Made by a program: the position numbers and the translations under genes. Positions 1 to 5,651 of a DNA stretch of 10,001 nucleotides are shown here, piece after piece. Positions within the stretch are counted from its first letter, which is position 1. Each line of letters starts with the position of its first letter. This stretch comes from Chthoniobacteraceae bacterium. GTDB lineage: Bacteria > Verrucomicrobiota > Verrucomicrobiia > Chthoniobacterales > Chthoniobacteraceae. Under the pieces are notes generated by a model. The model saw only the letters and a program-made list of their open reading frames with translations, was not told the origin of the DNA and ran no database searches. Location of the stretch: contig JBEBGD010000155.1 in assembly GCA_040081625.1 (NCBI GenBank), forward strand, positions 1-10,001. The letters run 5' to 3'.

Positions 1-440
1 GTGGGCGGGAGGGTGACGGCCCACTGGCCGGCCTTCTGCGGATCGCGATCGGCCCAAGCGGTGGCGAGGGTGACGGTGGCCTGGTCCTTGATGGCGCCGT
101 TTTCGAGCGATGAAGTCCACTGCGCGGCGCGCCCGGGATCGGCGTCGGCGAATCCGAGGATGATGTCCTGCACGAGGGAGGGGGTGTCGGTGTTCGCGAG
201 ACGCGCGGCGGCCCACTGCATGGCGGCGGGGGCATCGCGGCGAAGGCGGGCCTCGGCGAGCGAGGCGAGCGCGTGGCTGCGGTCGTCGGCCTCGACGAGT
301 GTGGAGATCCAGCGCTCGGCTGCTTCCGGATCGCGCGCGGCCCAGGCGGCGATGAGCTCCTGCACGAGCAAGTGCCGGAGCGGGACAGATGGCAGCATGC
401 TGACGAGTTTCGCGGCGGTTTCGGGCGCGGTGCTCGCGAG
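1..440 (-). repeat. Protein-level tandem repeat, 32 aa (96 nt) period, at least 4.5 units
   Basis: Units begin at codons 440, 344, 248, 152 and 56: LASTAPETAAKLVSMLPSVPLRHLLVQELIAA / WAARDPEAAERWISTLVEADDRSHALASLAEA / RLRRDAPAAMQWAAARLANTDTPSLVQDIILG / FADADPGRAAQWTSSLENGAIKDQATVTLATA / WADRDPQKAGQWAVTLPP... Confidence 0.85.
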
Positions 441-803
441 CTGGCGGAATCTCCCGGCGAAGCCGCCGCCGCCGGGACGCCACTCGGCGGTCCACCGGCG
501 CATCAGTTCGCGCAGGAAGGCGGTGCGCTGATCGGGGGTGAGGAGCGCGAGATGTTTCTCGAGCCACTCGGTGAAGGCTGCGAGATCGGTGCGGGAGGCG
601 GTGAGGAGTTGCGCGAAGTCGATCGCGCTGCCCGGTGCGGGCATGCCGGCAGCGGTGCTGCTTGCGGTGGTGGAGCCATCGCCGGACGCGAGAGCCCGGG
701 AGTGGCGCGAGTTCCGGGTGACTGCCGTGCCGAACCAGATCCCTAGCGCGGCAAGCGCAAGCGCGGCCAGAGCGAGGGAGACTCTCGTGCGCGAAGCCGC
801 CAC
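1..803 (-). CDS. Membrane-anchored/exported alpha-helical repeat protein (32-aa W-x3-DP-x2-A-x2-W repeats); 3' end runs out of the window
   Basis: Translated by hand; not in the ORF track. GTG at 803..801 opens a stop-free frame of 267 codons to the window edge: MAASRTRVSLALAALALAALGIWFGTAVTRN...AWAARDPEAAERWISTL...FADADPGRAAQWTSSL...AWADRDPQKAGQWAVTLPP. It has a basic N-terminus, a hydrophobic helix, a Ser/Thr/Ala linker and then repeats. The start overlaps the upstream gene's TAG by 1 nt. Confidence 0.88.
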   Translation of the reverse strand, partial: MAASRTRVSLALAALALAALGIWFGTAVTRNSRHSRALASGDGSTTASSTAAGMPAPGSAIDFAQLLTASRTDLAAFTEWLEKHLALLTPDQRTAFLRELMRRWTAEWRPGGGGFAGRFRQLASTAPETAAKLVSMLPSVPLRHLLVQELIAAWAARDPEAAERWISTLVEADDRSHALASLAEARLRRDAPAAMQWAAARLANTDTPSLVQDIILGFADADPGRAAQWTSSLENGAIKDQATVTLATAWADRDPQKAGQWAVTLPP

Positions 804-2566
804 TAAGGTGCGGGCACGAGCTCGAACGAGAAGAGGCCGATGAAGCTGTCGAACATCATGTCCACGTCGGCGACGGGGGTGAACGCGCCGGTGCTCGATT
901 GGTCAGGCAGGATGGTGACGGATGCTCTCGGCGAGTTCCTGCCCGTCTTGGTGTCCCGGAAATAAGCCGTCAGCAGCGCATCGCCGCTGCTGGCTTCATT
1001 GGTATCGGGATTGAGATACCAGTCCGCCGCGGCGTCGATGCCAAACGAGGAGCCGATCGGTTCGCCATTGGCGACCGCGCTGTTGATGTCGATGACGACG
1101 ATCTCCTTGCCGCCACGATTCCGGTCGTCGCCGGACCACGCCATGTATTGGGAGAAGTCCGCGTGGGCGAACCCGACGGTTTCGTTCAGGAAGGTGGTGC
1201 CGGTGTCGAGGTCGTTCTTGTCGCGGGTCCACGAGTATTCGAGCACCAGGACGGTGTCGCGCGCGACGGCGATGCCGTGCCCGGGGCTGGTCGAATCGTT
1301 GTCCACGATCGTCACGGTCGCGAGGCTCTGGCTTCCCGAATTGGCTCCGGTGACCTGCGGGATGCTGAGGATGAGGTCGGTGTCTCCGTCCACGACGCGG
1401 TTGTCGATGATTTTGATCGGCATCGCTTTCGGACCGCCCTCGCCGTCCTTCCATGTCACGGTCGCCGCGGTAAATCGCGCCCTGGAGGCCTCGGCGGTCG
1501 AGCTCGGGTCGCGGACGACTTCGGCCGTGGCTTCACCCAAGGTGCCGCCATTGCGCGTGACATAGACGAAGGTCGCACCGGAGTTTTCGAGGAGCGCGAG
1601 CGCTTCGTCGGCAAACTCGATCGTGCCGATCGATGCTGGATCGAACGGCGTGAAATCCGCCGCGGCCCCTGCAGTGGCGCGGGTTTCGACTTGATCGAGC
1701 AGCGGCTGGAGCAGGGCGAAATCATTGAGAGCCGCGAGGATTGCGTCCGCGTTGGATGCGAAGGTGCGCTCGAGTTTTGCGAGCAGTCGCGCATCCCGGA
1801 AGTTGACCACGCCGTCGTCGTTCAAGTCGCGACCTACCAACTGCGGACGGAGGAACGCCACGATATCGAATGGGGCCGTGAGGATATTCTGAGCTGCGTT
1901 GGTGTCCGTGAAGTCGCTGATGGTCCGGCTCGACGCGTCGGTGATCGTATCGGGGACCAGGCCATCGAACACGCCGGGCTGGAGAAGGAACTCGGCGCTA
2001 AGGCGCTGGAAAAACAGGTTCACCGAGCTGAAGCCGGATTCCACGAGCCGCGCGATCGCGTCGCCGAAGAGCGGCACGTCGTTGAGGAGTTGCTCGCGGG
2101 AGAAGCCGAAGTTGTCGAAGCCGGTGAAGCGGAATGAAGTGCGCGCCGGATTCCCGCCGCGCTCGGCGAGCGCACCAGCGCCGGGGAAGATCGTCATCGG
2201 GCTGCCGACGCGGCGGCCGCGCAGGTTGCGCACGAGCGCGCGCATTCCACCACCGCGCAGGCCGGTGAAACTCATGCCGCCATTGGCGCTCCGGATCGAG
2301 CGCGGGAGGCTGTTGCGGCCGAAGTTCATCGTCATGCGCGAGCCGCCGTTGCGTGAGTAGCCGATGCTGCCGATCCGGCGCAGGCTGGTCCGCAGGCCAC
2401 GCGGACCGGGCGTGACGCCGAACATCTCCCCCGAACCACTGTCGCCCACTCCCATCATCGAGCGGCTGCTTCGGCCAAAGAGAGTCGAGCGTGCGGCATC
2501 GGCAGGCACGCCGAGAAGCGCGCAGAGGGCGATCGGGAGGAGGAAGCGGAGGGTCGTGGTGTTCAT
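803..2566 (-). CDS. Secreted multidomain protein with Calx-beta domain (587 aa)
   Basis: This is the C-terminal part of track ORF 803..3583. The true start is taken as the ATG at 2566 because it begins a Sec signal peptide (MNTTTLRFLLPIALCALLGVPADA|A) and upstream sequence overlaps real plus-strand genes. Calx-beta pattern at ~1295..1627 (GTIEF...ENSG...VTRNGG...TVTWKDGE...IKIIDNRVVDGD...ATVTIVDND). Ca-loop DLNDDGVVNFRD at 1793..1828. Confidence 0.85.
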   Translation of the reverse strand: MNTTTLRFLLPIALCALLGVPADAARSTLFGRSSRSMMGVGDSGSGEMFGVTPGPRGLRTSLRRIGSIGYSRNGGSRMTMNFGRNSLPRSIRSANGGMSFTGLRGGGMRALVRNLRGRRVGSPMTIFPGAGALAERGGNPARTSFRFTGFDNFGFSREQLLNDVPLFGDAIARLVESGFSSVNLFFQRLSAEFLLQPGVFDGLVPDTITDASSRTISDFTDTNAAQNILTAPFDIVAFLRPQLVGRDLNDDGVVNFRDARLLAKLERTFASNADAILAALNDFALLQPLLDQVETRATAGAAADFTPFDPASIGTIEFADEALALLENSGATFVYVTRNGGTLGEATAEVVRDPSSTAEASRARFTAATVTWKDGEGGPKAMPIKIIDNRVVDGDTDLILSIPQVTGANSGSQSLATVTIVDNDSTSPGHGIAVARDTVLVLEYSWTRDKNDLDTGTTFLNETVGFAHADFSQYMAWSGDDRNRGGKEIVVIDINSAVANGEPIGSSFGIDAAADWYLNPDTNEASSGDALLTAYFRDTKTGRNSPRASVTILPDQSSTGAFTPVADVDMMFDSFIGLFSFELVPAP

Positions 2567-2728
2567 CGGGATTTTTGGAAAAAGGATACCGCCTGACCGG
2601 GAGGCCGACTCGGCGTGGGTGCTCAAGATTGCGAGACGGCTTCCAGTCGCGATGGAAGGCGGGAGAGGCAAGGAATTTTTCCAACCGGAATCGGCTGGCG
2701 GGCTTGCCACGATGGGCTTGCGCGGCGT
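2567..2728. promoter_or_regulatory. Divergent promoter region
   Basis: Non-coding gap between head-to-head genes with AT-rich patches. Candidate -10 TATCCT on the minus strand (2588..2583). Candidate TTGCCA (2704..2709)-N18-TATGAG (2728..2733) on the plus strand. The individual elements are weak. Confidence 0.45.
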
Positions 2729-3118
2729 ATGAGCACATTCATGCGCACCAACCCGCTTCACTTCGCCTCCGCCGCGCTCGCCGCCCTCGTGATGGGCGGT
2801 TGCGCCACCGCTTACCAATGGGGCGCGACCGACGACCCGGAATGGACGCCGCGCGTCGGCTCCGCCACGCTCGCCCAGGCCACGCGCGAACTCGGCCAGC
2901 CCTTCCGCAAGCTGTCGCTCCCCTCGGGCGACATGAAAGTGCGCTGGTATGCGCGGCCCCTCACGATGAGCGAGGGGCGCGGCACCATGCACGACTACTC
3001 CGCGCAGCGCACCGAAGACCGCGCCTACTGGCGGGACATGCGCTTCGACAAGCGCGGCGTGCTCACCCGCGCGTGGATGAGCGACCAGCGCGAGCTGGCG
3101 GATTCCGAGGCGCCGTAG
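2729..3118 (+). CDS. Small lipoprotein, possibly SmpA/OmlA (BamE)-like fold
   Basis: Start is ATG 2729 or ATG 2741. Signal peptide with lipobox-like end (FASAALAALVMGG|C). The mature part has the pattern G-x-AT-x2-Q-x3-ELGQP...W-Y...MRFDKRGVL, reminiscent of SmpA/OmlA-type small domains (fold is inference). GC-rich third codon positions. Confidence 0.78.
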   Translation: MSTFMRTNPLHFASAALAALVMGGCATAYQWGATDDPEWTPRVGSATLAQATRELGQPFRKLSLPSGDMKVRWYARPLTMSEGRGTMHDYSAQRTEDRAYWRDMRFDKRGVLTRAWMSDQRELADSEAP

Positions 3119-3139
3119 CGCCTGCCATTCGCAGCCGGG

Positions 3140-4621
3140 ATGCCGATCTGGCGACTGCTCCTCTTGCTCCTGCTGGCGTCTCCGGTTGCGTATGCTGCCG
3201 CGAGCGCCGGCGTGGCCTCCTACCCGCCGCCGCTGGCCGGCTATGGCGACGCGGCGCTGTCCGGCATCTGGGCCAAGCTGGTTCATCGCGTCAGCGCCGA
3301 GCCGTTCAACCTCATCGCGTCGCTCATCTTTCTCGGCGCGATCGTCCACACGTTTCTGGTCGCGCGCTTCCGCCACCTCGCGCACCACTTCGAGCACCAG
3401 CACGAGGCGCTCGATACCGATGGCGAACCGCGCTCCGAGGAGCGGCTCAAGAAAATGGCGTGGCTGCGATTCTGGGCCACGGTGTTTCACTTTCTCGGCG
3501 AAGTCGAAGCCGTCTTCGGCATCTGGCTGTTCCCGCTCTTTTACGGCATGTGGTTCTTCAAGGATCTGCCGACGGCGGTTCACTATCTCAACGACGTCAA
3601 TTACGCCGAGCCGATCTTCGTCACCGTCATCATGTTCATGGCGGCCACCCGACCGATCATCTTGCTCGCCGAGCGCGGGCTGGCGGTCGTGGCCAAAATG
3701 CTCGGCGGTAGCGGCACGGCATGGTGGCTCGCGATCATGACCGGCGGGCCGCTGCTCGGCTCGCTCATCACCGAGCCCGCGGCGATGACGCTCTGCGCGC
3801 TACTGCTCGGCAAACGCTTTTACGCCCAGGCACCGTCGATGCGGCTGCGCTACGCCACGCTCGGGTTGCTGTTCGTGAACATCTCCGTCGGCGGCACGCT
3901 CACGCACTTCGCCGCGCCGCCGGTGGTCATGGTCGCCAGCAAATGGGACTGGGGCTTCGTCTTTATGATTGGGAGCTTTGGTTGGAAGGCGGTCGTCGGC
4001 ATCGTGCTCTCGAATGCGAGCTACTGGCTCGTTTTCCGCCGCGAACTGGCGAAGCTCAAGGCCACCGCCGACGAGAACTCGCGCCTGCCAATCCCGATTT
4101 TCGTCACCGTCATCCACCTGCTCTTTCTCGTGTGGACGGTGCTCAACGCGCACTACACGAGCCTCGTCGTCATGGGCGCTCTCTTCTTCCTCGCGTGGAT
4201 CGTGGCCACCGAGCCGCACCAGGAGGACATCGGCATCCGCGGGCCGTTGCTGGTCGGCTTTTTCCTCGCCGGTCTCGTCGCGCACGGCGGCTGCCAGCAG
4301 TGGTGGATCGAGCCCGTGCTCAGTTCGCTCGGCGAATGGCCGCTGATGATCGGCTCGGTCGCGCTCACGGCCTTCAACGACAACGCCGCCATCACCTATC
4401 TCGCGTCACTCGTGCCCGGCTTCAGCCCGGAGCTCAAATACGCCGTCGTCGCCGGCGCGGTGACCGGTGGCGGGCTCACCGTCATCGCGAACGCGCCGAA
4501 CCCCGCGGGCCAGTCGCTGCTCGCGCAATACTTCGGCGAAGACGGCATCTCGCCCGCCAAACTCTTCGTCTCCGCGCTCGTGCCGACGATCATCGTCGGC
4601 GCGGCCTTCATGCTGTTGTAG
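3140..4621 (+). CDS. Putative Na+/H+ antiporter, Na_H_antiport_3 (DUF1504) family, ion-transporter superfamily
   Basis: 493-aa polytopic membrane protein with family motifs LGEVEAVFGIW, PLLGSLITEPAAMT, LFVNISVGGTLTHFAAPPVVMVA, DNAAITYL and AGAVTGGGLTVIANAPNPAG. The substrate cannot be determined from sequence. Confidence 0.88.
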   Translation: MPIWRLLLLLLLASPVAYAAASAGVASYPPPLAGYGDAALSGIWAKLVHRVSAEPFNLIASLIFLGAIVHTFLVARFRHLAHHFEHQHEALDTDGEPRSEERLKKMAWLRFWATVFHFLGEVEAVFGIWLFPLFYGMWFFKDLPTAVHYLNDVNYAEPIFVTVIMFMAATRPIILLAERGLAVVAKMLGGSGTAWWLAIMTGGPLLGSLITEPAAMTLCALLLGKRFYAQAPSMRLRYATLGLLFVNISVGGTLTHFAAPPVVMVASKWDWGFVFMIGSFGWKAVVGIVLSNASYWLVFRRELAKLKATADENSRLPIPIFVTVIHLLFLVWTVLNAHYTSLVVMGALFFLAWIVATEPHQEDIGIRGPLLVGFFLAGLVAHGGCQQWWIEPVLSSLGEWPLMIGSVALTAFNDNAAITYLASLVPGFSPELKYAVVAGAVTGGGLTVIANAPNPAGQSLLAQYFGEDGISPAKLFVSALVPTIIVGAAFMLL

Positions 4622-5576
4622 CGCCGAACGCCTTCAGGAACGCGCACTCGATCGCGAGCTGCTCCTGCACGCTCCGGCCGAAGTGGTCGCGCAACTCGAC
4701 GAGCGCCGCCGCACGTCGCAGCAGTTCGGCGGTGGAAAGCTTCGCCGCCAGCGCCGAGGTCGCCTCGCGGAACGCGGGATGATCCACCTCCGGCGCGCCG
4801 TGCTGCTGGCGCAGCGCATCGGCGAACCATTGCTCGACGATCGCGAGCAACCGGTCGCGCTCCACGCGGTAACGCGACTCGGTCAGCGCCTTGAAGAAAT
4901 CCTCGCGCTCCTCGATCGCGTCCTTGCGCGCGCCGACCTGCTTGAGCGCCGTCTCCTCCTTCTTGAAAGCCGCCTCGTTCTGCTCGTCGATCTCCGCGCG
5001 CGCCTCGACCAGCAACTCGGTGAACTGCCGCACCAGGCCGAAGACACCCGCGAGGTCCGATCCCGGCGGCGCCGCGCGCAGCGCATCGAGGAGCGACTGT
5101 TCCCGCGCGGTCAGCGCCGGCTTCTCCACGAGTCGCAGCGGCACCTCGATGCAGCGCGAAATGATCGTCTCCAGCAGACGATCCGGCTCCGACGAGAGCA
5201 GGAAAAAATACGTGCCCGGCGGCGGTTCCTCGAGCGTGCGCAGCAGCGCGTTCGCCGCCTCCGTCGTCATGCGATCCGCGTCGTGGAGGATCGCCAGCTT
5301 CGCACCGCCGTGCCGCGAGCTGAGCTGGAGCTGACCGTTCAGCTCGCGCACTGCCTCGATGCCAATCTGCCGCGACTTCATCTGCGGCTCGATCGCGTGA
5401 ACGTCCGCGTGATCGAGCGGCTTCTCCGCCCCGCCGAGCAGCGCGCCCGCGAGCCGATCGAGCAGCCGCCGCTTTCCCGCGCCCGGCGCGCCGGTGATCA
5501 GATACGCCTGCGCAAACCGGCCGCGTGTGCGGCTTTGCTCGAGACGGTCGAAGGCTTCATCGGCGGTGAGAGGCAT
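4608..5576 (-). CDS. holB: DNA polymerase III subunit delta' (clamp loader)
   Basis: Motifs AQAYLITGAPGAGK, HADV, IGIEAVR, KLAILHDADRMTTEAANALLRTLEEPP and LLETIISRC (SRC motif). ATG 5576 gives a typical N-terminus (322 aa); GTG 5612 is the alternative start. Confidence 0.9.
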   Translation of the reverse strand: MPLTADEAFDRLEQSRTRGRFAQAYLITGAPGAGKRRLLDRLAGALLGGAEKPLDHADVHAIEPQMKSRQIGIEAVRELNGQLQLSSRHGGAKLAILHDADRMTTEAANALLRTLEEPPPGTYFFLLSSEPDRLLETIISRCIEVPLRLVEKPALTAREQSLLDALRAAPPGSDLAGVFGLVRQFTELLVEARAEIDEQNEAAFKKEETALKQVGARKDAIEEREDFFKALTESRYRVERDRLLAIVEQWFADALRQQHGAPEVDHPAFREATSALAAKLSTAELLRRAAALVELRDHFGRSVQEQLAIECAFLKAFGATTA

Positions 5577-5651
5577 GGCCCACACGCTTGCGGAAAGCGC
5601 GCCGCCAGCCACTCCTTTTCTTGATCATCTTCGAGTCCTCTTTCCCGCGCC

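Noticed and set aside
1..843. Plus-strand ORFs 1..531, 273..746 and 538..843
   Set aside because: These are antisense shadows of the minus-strand repeat-protein gene, with Ser/Arg/Ala-rich translations and no motifs.
2567..3583. N-terminal 339 aa of the 926-aa track ORF 803..3583
   Set aside because: It lies antisense to the lipoprotein and antiporter genes and reads as shadow sequence. A clean signal peptide starts at ATG 2566.
5610..5620. AAGGAG Shine-Dalgarno with GTG 5612 as the holB start
   Set aside because: The motif overlaps the GTG with no spacer and is too far from ATG 5576 to serve it.
899..5624. Alternative-frame ORFs such as 899..2137, 2491..3711, 3721..4782 and 4467..5624
   Set aside because: They overlap better-supported genes and give Arg-rich, low-information translations.
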